Assembly (NCBI GenBank): GCA_964016885.1
Contig: OZ024743.1
Span: forward strand, 195,176,001-195,240,000
Direction: 5' to 3'
Source of the DNA: Eledone cirrhosa
Lineage: Eukaryota
DNA: 64,000 nt
Positions 1 to 12,900 of the stretch are shown piece by piece (the first letter of the stretch is position 1; each line of letters starts with the position of its first letter). The notes beneath the pieces were generated by a model, which searched no databases, was not told where the DNA came from, and worked only from the letters and a program-made list of their open reading frames with translations. The position numbers were made by a program, and so were the translations under genes.

Positions 1-38
1 ACAGTAAGTAAGGTACTCAATTCAAAGCAGAGTATGAA

Positions 39-171
39 TATTTAATATAGAAATGGCTTCTACAGGACTAGAACTGTTTCATTCGAGAGAAATCATCAGG
101 AAGCCGACTGTTCAAGTATTACTTGGAATGGAACAGTTCTAGTCCTGTAGAAGCCATTTCTATATTGAATA
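39..171. repeat. Near-perfect ~45-bp inverted repeat overlapping the hammerhead
   Basis: tatttaatatagaaatggcttctacaggactagaactgtttcattc (39-84) is the reverse complement of gaatggaacagttctagtcctgtagaagccatttctatattgaata (126-171), with about two mismatches. Confidence 0.9.
55..105 (-). ncRNA. Type I hammerhead ribozyme motif (Penelope-like element type)
   Basis: Minus strand reads GGCUUC-CUGAUGA-UUUCUCUCGAAU-GAAA-CAG-UUCUAGUC-CUG-UA-GAAGCC. The core is intact, with a 6-bp stem I (GGCUUC/GAAGCC), stem III CAG/CUG and a GUA triplet. Stem II is short with a U-U closing mismatch. Confidence 0.7.
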
Positions 172-318
172 TAGAAATCGAGACATATCTGAGGATCTTA
201 CGATTTCAGAGTCAGGTTGATCATTGCATCGATCGTGCCTCGAGCTGGTCACCAGAGAAACGATTCTAATATGTTTAATAAATGTTATTCGTCGCACCAC
301 TGATTCTCCGTTTCTTAT

Positions 319-372
<54 letters not shown>

Positions 373-374
373 AT

Positions 375-654
375 ATTAATTCAATATATTAACAAAAATA
401 GACATTCGTGTGATCAAGTATATTTTATTATACATATATCAGAGGTACTGAGCTATCTTCAACAGTTCGTACTCATCAGATAAAATAAGATGATGCATGA
501 CATACCCTGACATAGTAGATGGTTAAGATTCAGTCATGGTAGTGAATATGATATGACAAGACTCAATATTTAGATTGAGACATGAACAAAACTTACATGT
601 AAATTTTATACTAGATCACACGAATGTCTATGTTTGCTAATATTTTGAATTAAT
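375..654. repeat. ~50-bp imperfect inverted repeats enclosing ~180 bp (MITE or Penelope-like remnant)
   Basis: attaattcaa...tagacattcgtgtgatcaagtata (375-423) pairs with tatactagatcacacgaatgtcta...ttgaattaat (607-654). A degenerate CTGATGA-GTAC-GAA motif lies inside on the minus strand (~466-479). Confidence 0.6.
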
Positions 655-805
655 ATTAATAACTCTGTAAAAGCATCCTATTGGGTGCTTCCAATCTATT
701 GTAAAACTCCTTCTCTGATTTATTCATTGAACCATGTTTAACATTTAAATATATATATATTAGGAAATGTGAAGACTAAAATCGGAAGAGGGCTCGATAA
801 CGAGT

Positions 806-970
<165 letters not shown>

Positions 971-1470
971 TGCTAGATAGAATGTAACATGTCCAGACAC
1001 ACACTTCACTCTATGCGCTTCTTCACTGCTGGTCGATATCTGAATATATAGTCATGGTATGACTGGAACCAAGGAGATTTGGCCCTTAGTCGTCCGAGAA
1101 TAATATTACAAGCGTGTAATAAATAGGACTAGTCAATCAGAGCTAACCGGATGCTACATTACAGTCATAACAACAATCATTTTAGTGCCATAAGTAAAGT
1201 GCGAAGACATTTTCTGTCCGGTGTTACGAATTATTGAAGAGATTTACAACATATTTCCTGCAGCGAACCTTACAAAATGATGCACATAACATTAGCTGGT
1301 TTACACACTGAATGAATAATTTAACAAACGCCGTGTTCAGCTCAGGCCACATTAAATAATACATACGAAGCAAATAAAAACGCAGTTGAACGAAAGAAAC
1401 CATTGGTGGATAAATTACGAGAAAGGGAACCTGAATATTTCATACAAATATTTATTATGATACTCAGATT

Positions 1471-1680
1471 AGGGCGCTAGATTGGCAAAATTGGTAGGGT
1501 GTCGGACAAAATGTTTAGCGGCATAGAGTTACGTCCCTTAACTTTCAGGTTTCAAATCCCAACGAGGTTAGCTTTGCCTTTCATCCTTTTGGGGTCGATA
1601 AAATAAAGTACCATTAATGCATTGGGGTCGATTTAATCGACCAATGATTGTTGGTCTTGTGCCTAAATCAGAAAACATTC
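1471..1680 (+). mobile_element. tRNA-derived SINE, degenerate
   Basis: A-box-like TGGCAAAATTGG and B-box-like GGTTTCAAATCC. The central GCCTTTCATCCTTTTGGGGTCGATAAAATAAAGTACC resembles the MetaSINE core as recalled (not searched). The tail is CTTGTGCCTAAATCAGAAAACATT. Homologous to the copies at 57.3-57.7 kb. Confidence 0.8.
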
Positions 1681-2179
1681 TGATACTCAAAATAGTCATA
1701 GTTATCACGACAGCCATGCAAGAACAAATGAAAGGTCTGATGCCCCACCAGTTCGGCTGGTTACCAGTGATTGTATTAGTGCATACAAAATCTTTAATAA
1801 CTTGAAAACAAGAAGTGACACAGATACACAGTAACTTGGCTATTCAGATGTGAAAAGATGGATTTCAGTTATACAGAATTAAATTAGTTGATTTATGCTT
1901 CGTTAGTATCATAACCTGCAAGTTTAAACTGTCATTGTGATTACTGACGCCAAACTTTATATAAATGAAAGCATACATAAACTCGCTGACATGAATATTT
2001 ATATATATGGGAATTTTCATACAATTGTGAGAATCTTAACAACGGGGGAGTAGTTGTACAAATTCGGCTCCTAGATGCATAGCAAAAAATTAATGTTTAC
2101 ATGTATATGAATATGTGTGTGTGTGGGGTGGGGGTCTATTTTGTGTCTGTAAGTGTGTATATATATATTGGAGGTAAAG

Positions 2180-2224
2180 AATAATAATAATAATAATAAT
2201 AATAATGATAATAATAATAATAAT
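2180..2224. repeat. (AAT)n tract at the left boundary of the retrotransposon array
   Basis: Direct inspection; abuts the 3' end of Tx1 copy E1. Confidence 0.95.
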
Positions 2225-2469
2225 GTTTTCTTTATTAAACACAAGGGTTTACATTAAGTAGACATTAAGGACAGTACAGGACAATACAGGACGGTACAAA
2301 TGGGCATTTCTGCGTGTAAAAAAAAACAGAGGATGTAATAAAATAACAATGAAAAATTCCCCAATAGGGGGGAGACTTCCGAGGGACAGTTGTGGAGAGA
2401 GCCCATTAAAAGACCACAGTGACCCTGACCACCAGGGCAAGTGCCCTCTCCCAGTTTTCCACCTTTAAT

Positions 2470-5400
2470 TTACAGACACATACTCAGAATAGGCCCATTC
2501 ACTCAGGCCATACTTGCTTCTCTCACACATCTTTCAACAAAATGCTGGGAAGAGAGCACTTCCCTCTCCACCCTGATTTTCCTTTTCAAATGAAATTTGA
2601 AAAAGTTAATCAGGGCATCACCGAAGAGGTAAGTGCTCGTCTTCAGCCCTTTCAAACGTGTCCACCATACTATCTCTTTCGCCATGGCCACCAGACAGAT
2701 AAAAACTGCCTGCCCTTCTCGACTAAAGGAAGAGGGCGGGGCAATCCTCACGATGGACTCAGCTGATAGCTGGATCCGTCCTACACGTGACAGCAGGTGT
2801 TCGACATAAACCCACAAGTCAGCAATGCTCGGACACTGGACGAGTGCGTGCAGTACGGGTTCGTCGCCCTGCGCGCATCTAGGACACGCCTGGCTGACGG
2901 CACCTCCATGCCTGTAGAGATTATCCCGAACTGGCAAAGCTCCCCGGTAGCACTGCCAGGCCAGGGATTTCTGGAAGGTGTCCATAGGTCCCGGCCCGAA
3001 AGTCCTTCCGAAGAGATTGGCTAGTTGATTTTCGTCGACGCCTAGAGTTTCTCCAAGTACGTCGTCGCTCTTCCCCTCCACTAATCCTCTATAGAACGCC
3101 AAGGTGGAGTTTCCACCGATCACATTGCCCGATTGGTCGAGGGCTGTGAGTGCCTGAAGACATTCCACTCTCCAAGCGCTCCCTCTCGGTCTTGGCTTGA
3201 CCCAGGACTGCAGCTCCGTCAAGGAGACGAGCTGGGGAATGACGTGTCTAGCAAACGGCGACCACACTTGTTCACCGTCGAGGAAGAGGTGGAGATGTCG
3301 TAGCCTGAGCGCGTGTCTGCGCATCATCAGCCACAGCATGCCCAGCCCTCCAAGTAGCGGGTGTTGACAGCAGATGGACCGCCTGACCATCGGAGCGCGT
3401 CCCTTCCACAAAAAGCGAAAGCAAGCGCTCCAGCGCAGTCAGGCGGGGCTTAGGACAAGATACGACGGTCAGGCGGTAGTAGATGACGGACACGATGTAC
3501 GCATTAGCCACCTCCGCTCGACCTTTCAGGGATAGTTTCCTCTCCGTCCATTTCTGGGTGAGAGAAGCCACCCTGCTCGTCACCTCGTCCCAGTTTTTGT
3601 CCGTCTGGAGGTCCGGACCGAACCAGACGCCTAGCAATTTAACCGGTCAGTTCGTCCAGCGCCCGACGACGCTGTTGGACGGCATGGACCTGCCTCTCCA
3701 GGTGCCGAGCTGCAGGCCCACTGACATTTCCTGGTTGATCATTGCTCCTGTCACCGCTACGTATTCTCTTAGTGTAGTGCCGATCGCCTCGATGTGTTTG
3801 GCGTTCGACACCACTACGGTGACATCGTCCGCATATGCTGACACGGATCTTCCGCAACCTAGTTCGCACGGGACGCCCCTCAACGTCTCCAGTTTGTGCA
3901 GTAATGGCTCGAGAGTCAATACGTACAAGAGGGGCGAGAGGGGACATCCTTGGCGGACCGAGCGCATGATGTTGAACGGTTCCGAAAGGTGACCGTTCAC
4001 TCTCACCACAGAGCAGATGTCGCTGTACATGGCAGTGATCCAGCCTCTGAAGACGGGCCCAAAGCCAGCCGCGCTCAGGACTGCCGCTAGGTAACGATGG
4101 TCGACCCTATCGAAAGCTTTCGACTGATCTAAATTGATCAAGGTCCCACCCGTGTCAGGTTCCCTAGCTGCCCTCTCTACGATGTATCGCATGAGGTGGA
4201 GATTGTCATGGATGGATCTGTCGGGAATGGCGCATGTCTGCACCTCTACCACCAGACCACCAACGACAAGCGCCAACCTCTTTGCTAGCACCTTGGCTAA
4301 AATTCTGAACTCTGTGTTTAGCTGAGTTATGGGCCTAAAATGATCTATGTTATCCCCCTTGTTCGGATCCTTTCTCAGCAGCGCCACCGCTCCTCGGCTC
4401 ACATAGCTGGGAATTCTCCCGTTCTGTTGCCAGTTGCAGTAGACGTCCGCCAAAAGGCCTCCGAACAAGTTTGGCATTTGTACGTAAAGTTCATAGGGCA
4501 GACCATCCAAACCAGGCGATTTACCCCTTGTGCAGCCAGTCATTGCCTCCCGTACTTCAGCGGCTGTTATCGGCTTTTCGCAACACTCCGCCTCAGTGGC
4601 CGAGAGCCGCGGCAGTCCGTCGAGGTAGACACTAAAGTCTATCCCTCGATCCGGCCCGCCGCTGCCCCCGAACAACTGAGCGAAGTGTCGCTGAAAAGCT
4701 TCACACATTTGCCCGGGATCGAGTAGCATGCGCCCGTCGTGGTCCACCAAAGACCGGATCGTGACTTTGTTGCCACGACGCGCCTCCACCACTCGGGCCC
4801 ATTGAATGGCTTTCGTCCCCTCGTGTCTGAGAGCACGCACCCTAGCTCTGAAAACGCAGCCTTCGTGCTTTGCATTGAAGAATTGGTCAAGGGCCAATTT
4901 CGCCTCAAGTACGTCCGTCGCGATGCCTTTGCAAAGCGCCTCGTCTAATTTTCTGACTAATTCTCCCTCTGCTCTATTTTTCTCTATTGCTAAAGCCTTA
5001 CTAAACCTAATGGACTCTATTCTAATTGCTCTTTTCAGAGCAAACCACCACTTGTTGTTGACGATGGCCCCCGTCAACTCCCGCCCAACTAGTTCGCTAA
5101 TCCGGTCTCTGTAGGCCTTGCGCGCTGGTAAGGACGCGTTTAGCTTCCAGTAGCCAGGTCCTCGTCTATGAAGCCTATGTAAGTCAAGCACAAAGATCAC
5201 GAATGTGTGGTCCGTGTAGCTGACTATCTTGAATTGTGGACAGCCTATCCTAGACCTATCTATTTCCCTACAAAATACTCTATCTAGATATGATCTGGAT
5301 GACCCTATGCGATTTGTCCAAGTCCACATTGGTACATTCGGGAACTCCAATCGGTACCTGTCAGACAGTTCAAAACGCCTGAGCAGGTTGGTGAGGCTCT

Positions 5401-5887
5401 TGCACCCTCCTCCCTAATCCACTAATCCCACACAATCCCAGCGTGCATCTAAGATCACGTTCCAGTCGCCCACTAACACTAAAGAGCGGGGCGTTCCAAG
5501 AAAGGTCTCCAGACGCCGGAAACATGCAGGCCGCCATACTCCTATAGGGGCATAGACGGCCACTAACCTGAAAGCTTGCCAGTCTCCGCTGGTCACGTCC
5601 AGCACCACCAACTTACCTTCTGTGTCCAGGAAGATGGCCCGTATGGCAAGATCCAAACCTGTCCGAAAAAGCACAGCAACTCCTCCCCCCAATTCCGGAC
5701 GGCTGGGAGATGCGTACACATCGTAGCCGCCGAAGATCGGTGCGAAGGCCCGTGCTTCGGAGATTCTGGCCTCGCTGATGGCCACTACATCTATGTTTAG
5801 TGACCTGAGGTCGTTGAGCAGGTGGCCCTGCTTCCATGACGACCCCAAGCCATGCGCATTTATGCTGCCTATTCTGAGTGCGGTCAT
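2470..5887 (-). pseudogene. E1 ORF2: APE endonuclease - reverse transcriptase - CCHC; disrupted
   Basis: APE motifs SINAHGL, AISE, VYAP, GDWN, LDR, TDH. RT motifs KSPGLDGLP, FRPIT, LDQSKAFD, VRQGCPLSP, YADD. C-terminal CPRC..EPVLHALVQC. Stop at 5414 and frameshifts near 3645 and 3420. Confidence 0.9.
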
Positions 5888-5921
5888 GTTGAAAAGGAGT
5901 GGAAAAGATCGGAAGGACCAC

Positions 5922-7917
5922 TCACCTTATTTCTCGTAGAGGAAGGACGGTTTTTCCATCCTTTTCACTGCTTGTGGCCTCCTCAGGAAGGATGTCCTTA
6001 TAAATCCTCCTGGAGAGTGCTTGTCGGAAGTCTCCGATGTCTTTGGGGAATTTTTGTTTTGTGTCATGTACGTTCTCTGTGTGATGCGAGTGATTTGTAT
6101 GTGTGGAGGTGGTGTGAATTTTAGGGTTGTTGTGTAGTCTTTTTCTGTGATGTTGGTGTTGTGTTGGATGTAGTGTAATAATTGCTTGTTGTTCAAATTT
6201 AATGCTGTGTAGTGTGTATCCTTTTGGTTGTTTTGTTTTGATTGCGTTTGTTGTGGGTTTGTATCTGTTTCGCATTTTGGTGACTTTTGTGGTGTAGGTG
6301 ATGGTGGTGTTGAGGTTAATGATGGTGATGGTGTTGGTGTTTGGGGTGATGGGGTTGGTGATGCTGGTGTGGATGGTGGCATATCTGTCCTAACTTTTTT
6401 GTTTGTTAATTTATTTGTTTCCCTCTGTATTTTGTTTTTGGAGGGGGAAGGAAGAGAATTTTTTTCTTTTTTGATTTTTTTTTTTCCTGATACCGTTTCC
6501 CACTCCTCGTCGTCACAATCTGTCTCCAGTTGTGATATGCCGGGGAGTAAAAAATCCTCCACGGGCGTTAGTTTTGGTTGTAGCGTGGTAGATGATGTAG
6601 GCACTGGTGCTAGTTCTGAAGCGTTGGGTGGTGGTGGTGTTGGTTTTGCTGGTGGTGGTGGTGTTGGTTTTGCTACTGTTGCTGGGGTTGTTGCTGTTAT
6701 AGTTGCTTCTGTTGTTGCTCCTACAGTTGTTGCTGTCATCTCTGCTACTGGTGGTGTTGATGGTTGAGTCACTGGGGTGGGTAGGAGAGGTGGCGTCAAC
6801 CTTTTATCCTGAGGACAGAAAGCCCTTAGGTGGGTTCCTTCACCACAAACGACACACCTAGGCCTTCTGCCCTCGACAATTACAGTGAGGTGGCTGCCGT
6901 CAGTGAGGTCTATTACCTCTGGGATCTCCTCAATGCTTTTTTGGTCCGCTTGAATCAGGAGCTCCATCCCAGATCCGGACCAGTTCTCCTGGTTTTCTTT
7001 TGCTATTGCTATTATCTTTGTGTTGGCTTCGATGCCGGCGAGGACGGCCGCTATTAGCCAGGGAATTTCGATGGCCGGTGGAACGTGTGTCACCCTGATC
7101 TTTACGAGTCTCTGGCCACAATAGCTTGGGACGAGTGTGAAGTCGTCACTTCTTAATGGGGCCATGTAGTGTTCTCTAGCCTCCTCTGGTGTTTCAAAGA
7201 ACACGTCCACGGTTCCATACTTCTGCCCACGTCTGATGTAGGTTTTTCTTGCCCACACATGTCACAAAGCTTTTTTGGATTTGGGACTCGGATGCCCGTT
7301 CCACTCGGCGTGATTTTACATTAATTGTTCTATACGACACGGTGCATAGGCGCCGATGCTCCATTCTATTAAGTGTGTGTGTGGGGGGGAAGGGGGCTGA
7401 CCCTGAACCCATCTTTCCTTTCCATATTTTTGGCATTTTCTAATTCCTCCTGAGTTACCGTAAATGCTTCGCACTGTTTTGCTACTCTGGCAAAACTCAG
7501 GATGGTTTTTTTAATGTCATTGTTGCTGTTGTTGTTATCGTTATTTTTGTTATTATTAATTTTAGTTTCAGTTGTGGTGGTGGTGACTTCAGTGGTGTTC
7601 GGTATGAATGAGTCTATTTTGCTTGAAAACATTTCGACATCACGAGTTGATATATTTTTTCCTTTTGTTTCTGTTGTCGCTGTGGTGGTCGGGGTGGTGG
7701 TTGTAGCGGTGGTGGTGGTGGTGGCGGCTTTAACACCTGCAGTCATTGGCAATGGCGGGAAATGAATGTCTGCCTGATACAAATTTAAAATATTGCTACT
7801 GCTTATATTTATTTTAGTGTTGGCAAACGTAGTAACATTTACAATTGTGGTGTCGGTGTGAGGTGTTAATTTGTGAGGAAGGCTCTCAGCTGATTGGTGC
7901 AGAGGTGAATTAGCCAT
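5922..7917 (-). pseudogene. E1 ORF1 (nucleic-acid-binding protein with zinc knuckle); frameshifted
   Basis: Overlapping ORF pieces 7369-7917, 7194-7436, 5927-7258 and 5922-6275. Contains CX2CX4HX4C (CVVCGEGTHLRAFC) and Thr/Asn- and Pro/Thr-rich low-complexity regions. Confidence 0.85.
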
Positions 7918-8128
7918 TTTTTTTTCAAAGAAATTATTTGATAATCATAAAATCTTAAATTTTGGGCACAAGGCCCCAATCTTTTTGGGTGTCCTTTTCG
8001 GAAAACAATGTATGTGCGCCTCTATATAGTTAACAATAAAATATTTTCCATAAATGGCAATTTTTAACAAACGGAAATAACAAACGTTTGCGGAGCTCAC
8101 GATGATACGATTTACTACGTAGGTCGCC

Positions 8129-8152
8129 AATAATAATAATAATAATAATAAT

Positions 8153-8221
<69 letters not shown>
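8129..8221. repeat. (AAT)n tract between E1 and Dong copy D1
   Basis: Direct inspection. Confidence 0.95.
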
Positions 8222-8223
<2 letters not shown>

Positions 8224-9918
8224 AGTCCTGGAAAACAGAGTTAACATCAGCCAGAGAATCGTTGGGAGGCGTGAAGATCAAGAGAGGTGTCTTCCAGGGA
8301 GATAGTCTGTCCCCTCTGTTGTTTGGCCTTGCCCTGATACCCCTGACCATTATACTGTGAAAAGTGAGAGCAGGATACAAGTTGGGAAAGGGAGAGCTTA
8401 CCATCAATCACCTCCTCTTCATGGACGATCTTAAGCACTTCGGGAATAGTGAGAAGGAGTTGGATATGCTTGTTGACATTGTCCGTATTTTAAGCAATGA
8501 TATATGTATGCAATTTGGTATTAGTAAGTGTGGAGTCCTTGTGATGAAGCGGGGTAAATTGAGCAGAAGCAACGGAATCCAGGTACCAACAGGTGAGATG
8601 ATAAAGGAAATTGACACTGAAGAAAAATACAAGTATTTGGGTATTCTGGAGGCTGATGACATCAAGAACAAAAAAAATGAATCAATTGATAAGATCTGAA
8701 TACATTCAGAGAGTAAGGAGTGTATTAAAATCACATCTGAACAGTAGGAATGCCATAAGTGCAGTAAATTCCCGAGCTGTGTCTTTTATTAGGTACAGTG
8801 CGGGAATTCTGAGATGGAATGTTGCTGAAAAAAGAAATGGATAGGAACACTAAGAAACTATTGACTATCTACAACATGTTCCACAAGAGGAGTGATGTCG
8901 ATAGACTCTACTTAAGGAGATCTGAACGTGGAAGAGGTCTTATCAGCATAGAGGACTGTGTTCAGATGGATAAAAACAACCTACATAAATATGTGACTGA
9001 TTGTAGGGAGCCAACGCTCAGAATTGTACTGAAGGAGAGGACAATAGACCAGGGGATGTCCAGGGAGGAAATAACAACAAAGAGGAAGAGCAACCTTCAT
9101 GAAAAATCCCCTCATAGTACCTTCTTTTAGAAAACGGAATTCAGATATCCACAGACATGGAACTGGTTGAGAAAAGTAGACCTTAAAAAGGCTTCAGAAG
9201 GAATGCTAATGGATGCGCAAGAGCAGGCCCTCAAAACGAAGTGGCTGAAACACCATATTTACAAGGAGGAGGCTAGCCCACTGTGCAGGATATGTGGAGA
9301 GAGAGAGGAGACTGAGGCTGACATTGTATCCGAGTGTATACAATTAGCCCAGACTCACTATAAAGGCTGGAGACATGATGTGATAGGCAGAGTGATCCAC
9401 GTGCAAAGTAAACAATTTACCACGTTCTGAGAAGTGGTATGAGCATAAGCCAGAATCGGTGATAGAAAACGATCAGGTGAAGGTGCTATGGGATTTTAGG
9501 ATGCAGACGGACAAGAAATTAGAACACAATGAGCCTGAGCTGGTGGTTTGGGACAAGGAAAAAAGATCGTGCCTGATTGTAGATGTAGCCTGCCCATTTG
9601 ACACGAGAGTGCAAGAAAAGGAGAGGGAGAAAATTAACGGATACCGGGACTTAAAGTGGGAGTTAAAAAGGATTTGGAACTGCCATGAAATCAAGGTCGT
9701 CCCGATTGTCAGAAGCTCGCTAGGTACTATCTCAAAGAGTTTCCAAGGATGGTTAAAGAAGATTAGTCCATTGGAACACTTCAAAAGGCATGCTTGCTGG
9801 GAACAGCAAGAACCCTCCGATACGTCCTGAATATCTGCGGCTGCAGGTAGTGGCTTGATATTCATTTCAACAAACTTTCCAGTTAAATAACATCAATAAC
9901 TGAGACTCAAAGAACAAC
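8221..9918 (+). mobile_element. R4/Dong-clade RLE non-LTR retrotransposon, 5'-truncated (D1)
   Basis: Fragments GVFQGDSLSPLLF, HLLFMDDLK, YKYLG, CRICGEREET..IVSEC, RHD, WDF.MQTD..LEHNEPE..IVDVACP. 3' end TGAGACTCAAAGAACAAC followed by (AAT)n. Confidence 0.88.
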
Positions 9919-9954
<36 letters not shown>

Positions 9955-9956
<2 letters not shown>

Positions 9957-12900
9957 TTTTATTTATTGGCCACAAGGACCGACATATAGTGGACAATACA
10001 AACGACTGGGACAGTGGGGTTTCACAGAAAAATCGAGCAAACAATATGAATAAAAATAACAAAGTAACAAGAAAAATACAAGAAAACATTCCCCAATAGG
10101 GAGGATGCCCACCGAGGGTTCGCTCGGGTACTCCACCAATCCAGAACGACCCGATGCTTCTAGAGCACCCTGGAAGAGCACCCCTCTCCTCCTCAAATTT
10201 ACCCACCTACAGCCGCATGACCAGAGTAGGCCCACTGACACGGGCCGTTCTCGCCATATTCACCCACCTTTCAGCAAATGTACTGGGGCGGGGGGCAGCA
10301 TTTCTCCCTGAACCCTCACCTTCCTTTCCAAGTGAAACTTGAAAAAGTTTATGAGGGATTGGCCGAAGAGAAAAGTGTCTAACTTCAGTCCTTTCAACCT
10401 CGTCCACCATACAACCTCTTTCGCTACTGCCACCAGACAGAGGAAAATGTCCTGCCTTTCCTGGCCAAAAGAAGGGGGCAGGTCCATCTTCACTATGGAC
10501 TCGGCCGATAGCCGGATCCGTTCTACACGCGACAACAGCTGTTCCACATAACTCCACAAGTCAGTAATGCACAGACACTGGACGAGTGCGTGCAGAAACG
10601 TTTCGTCGCTCTGCGCGCATCTTGGGCTGGTCCGTCTGACAGCACTTCCATGCCTGTAGAGTTTATCTCGAACCGGCCATGAACCCTGGTAGCACTGCCA
10701 AGCGAGGGATTTTGGGAAATTATCCATCGTCCCCGACTCGAAAGTCATCTGGAGCAGACTGGTTAGTTCGACTTCGTCGACTCCCAGAGCCTCTCCGTGT
10801 GCGTCGTCGCACTTTCCCGCCACTAATCCTCTATAGGACTCGAGAGTGGAAGTTCCACTGACCGCATAACCCGCCTGGTAGAGGGTAGTGATTGCCTGGC
10901 AACATCCCAGATGCTAGTCACCTAGTCTCGGTCTCTTCTTGACCCAGGACTGCAGCTCAGTTAAAGAAACGAGCTGCGGAAAGGCCCGTCTGACAAACGG
11001 CGATCACACCTGTTCACCGTCTAGGCCGAATATCTGGAGATGCCGCAGCCTCAGCGCATGTCTGCGAATCATGCCCAGCCTGCCACGTTGAGGGGGATGG
11101 ACCGCCTCACCAGCGGAATCTGACCACTCCAAAAGAATTTGAAGAGGAGCCGCTCCAAGATGGCGAGGCGCGAAAGGTGGTGAGGGACGACGGTCAGACG
11201 GTAGTAGATGACGGAGGCGATGTACGCATTCGCCACCTCCGCCCGACCTTTCAGTGATAGCTTTCTCGCAGCCCATTTCTGGGTGAGACTGGCTACCATG
11301 CACGTCACCTCATCCCAATTCTTATCCACCTGGAGGTCTGGCCCGTACCAAATCCCGAGCAACTTTAGCGGTCCGTCCGTCCAGCGCCTCACGACGCTGT
11401 TGGACGGCATGGACTTACCTCTCCAGGGGCCGAGTTGCAATCCCACCGACTTTTCCGGGTTAAGTTTTGCTCCCGTTGACCTTTCATATTCCTTTCATAA
11501 GTTGCCGACCACCTCTATTTCTGAGGTCTCCGACATCATCACGGTGATGCCGTCCGCATAAGCCGGCACAACCTTTCCGCGTCCCGGTTCGAGCGGGATG
11601 CCCTGCAACAGCTCCAGCTTCCGCAGTAAAGGCTCGAGAGTTAATACGTACAGAAGGGAGGAGAGAGGGTACCCTTGACGGACCGATCGGGAGACCTGAA
11701 ACGGTTCCGAGAGGTGGTCTCGCCTTTCCTTATCAGCGTCACTACGCCCCGGCTCACAGAACTGGGAATGCTCCCGTTCTGCTGCCAGTTGCAGTAGAGC
11801 GCTTCGAGGAGATGGAGAGCAAGTCTGGCATATTTAAATAAAGCTTGTAGGGCAGATCATCCAAACTGGGTGACTTGTGCTTCATGCAGCCGACAAGGGC
11901 ATCCTGAATCTCGGCTTAAATAATCGGCCTTTCGCTGCGTCCAGCGTCGGCCGTCTAGTTGCGGCAAGCCCTCGAGGTAGGGACTGAAGCCCGCCACCTA
12001 TCTTACCCGTCACTTCCCCTGAACAACCTAGCAAAATGTTGGTGAAAGGCCTCACACATCCGCTTGGAATCGCTCAGCTCGTGTCCATCTCGGTCCGTCA
12101 AAGACCGAATCGTGGTTTTATTACCACGCTGCGCCACTGCCACGCGAGCCCATCGAACAGCTTTCGTTCCCTCGTTTCTCAGAGCACGTGCCTTAGCTCT
12201 GACAATGCCACCTTCGTGTTTCGCATTGAGGAAATGGTCTAATGCCATTCTCACCGCTAGCACGTTAGTTGCAATGCCACTACAAATAGCCTCGTCTAAC
12301 TTATCTACCAACTCCCCATCCTTTCTATTTTTCTCTAACGCTAGTTCTTTGCTTAACTCTATCATCATTACCTAATATCTCTTTTAAGAGGCCCCCACCC
12401 CACCATCTATTGTTGACGACTCCCCCTGTCAACCTTTTCATAACTAAATTGTTGACTGGTCCCTGTAAGCCTTACGTGCCGGAAATGACATGTTCAGCTT
12501 CCAGTAACCAGGTCCTAATCTACGCGTCTTATCTAGGTCGACTATACAGATCACAAACTTGTGATCTGAATAGGCGACCGTTATAAAACGTGGGCAGCTT
12601 ACACTATTTCTGTCTATTTTCCTAATGAATATCCTGTCTATATACGATCTAGATGACCCTATGCGGTTAGTCCAGGTCCACACTGGCGCATTAGGGAAAT
12701 CTAATCGGCACCTCTGAGACAGTTGGAACTGGCTGATCAGGTTCTTGAGGCTTTTGCATCCCACGCTCCTATCAATACTCCCACACAGTCCCAGCGTGCG
12801 TCTAAGTTGCCGTTCCAGTACCCCACTAAGAGTAAAGGGCGAGACGTACCCAGAAAGGTTTCCACGCGTCTAAAGAAGTCGGGCCGTCCTGCCCCAGTAG

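Larger units (their letters stand above)
2225..8128 (-). mobile_element. Tx1/L1-clade non-LTR retrotransposon, family A, full length (E1)
   Basis: 5' end GGCGACCTACGTAGTAAATCG is shared with E3, E4 and E5. Has ORF1 and ORF2. 3' end is CCCTTGTG..TAATAAAGAAAAC followed by (ATT)n. Microsatellite lies on both sides. Confidence 0.9.

Noticed and set aside
3483-3992. Recurrent antisense ORFs over ORF2 (MTDAMYALATSARPF..., MTLTTRASALSQF...)
   Set aside because: They are shadows of a GC-rich coding strand, recurring only because the elements are homologous. Lengths vary and there are no motifs.
8129-8221. Target-site duplications for the LINEs
   Set aside because: They cannot be delimited inside perfect microsatellites.
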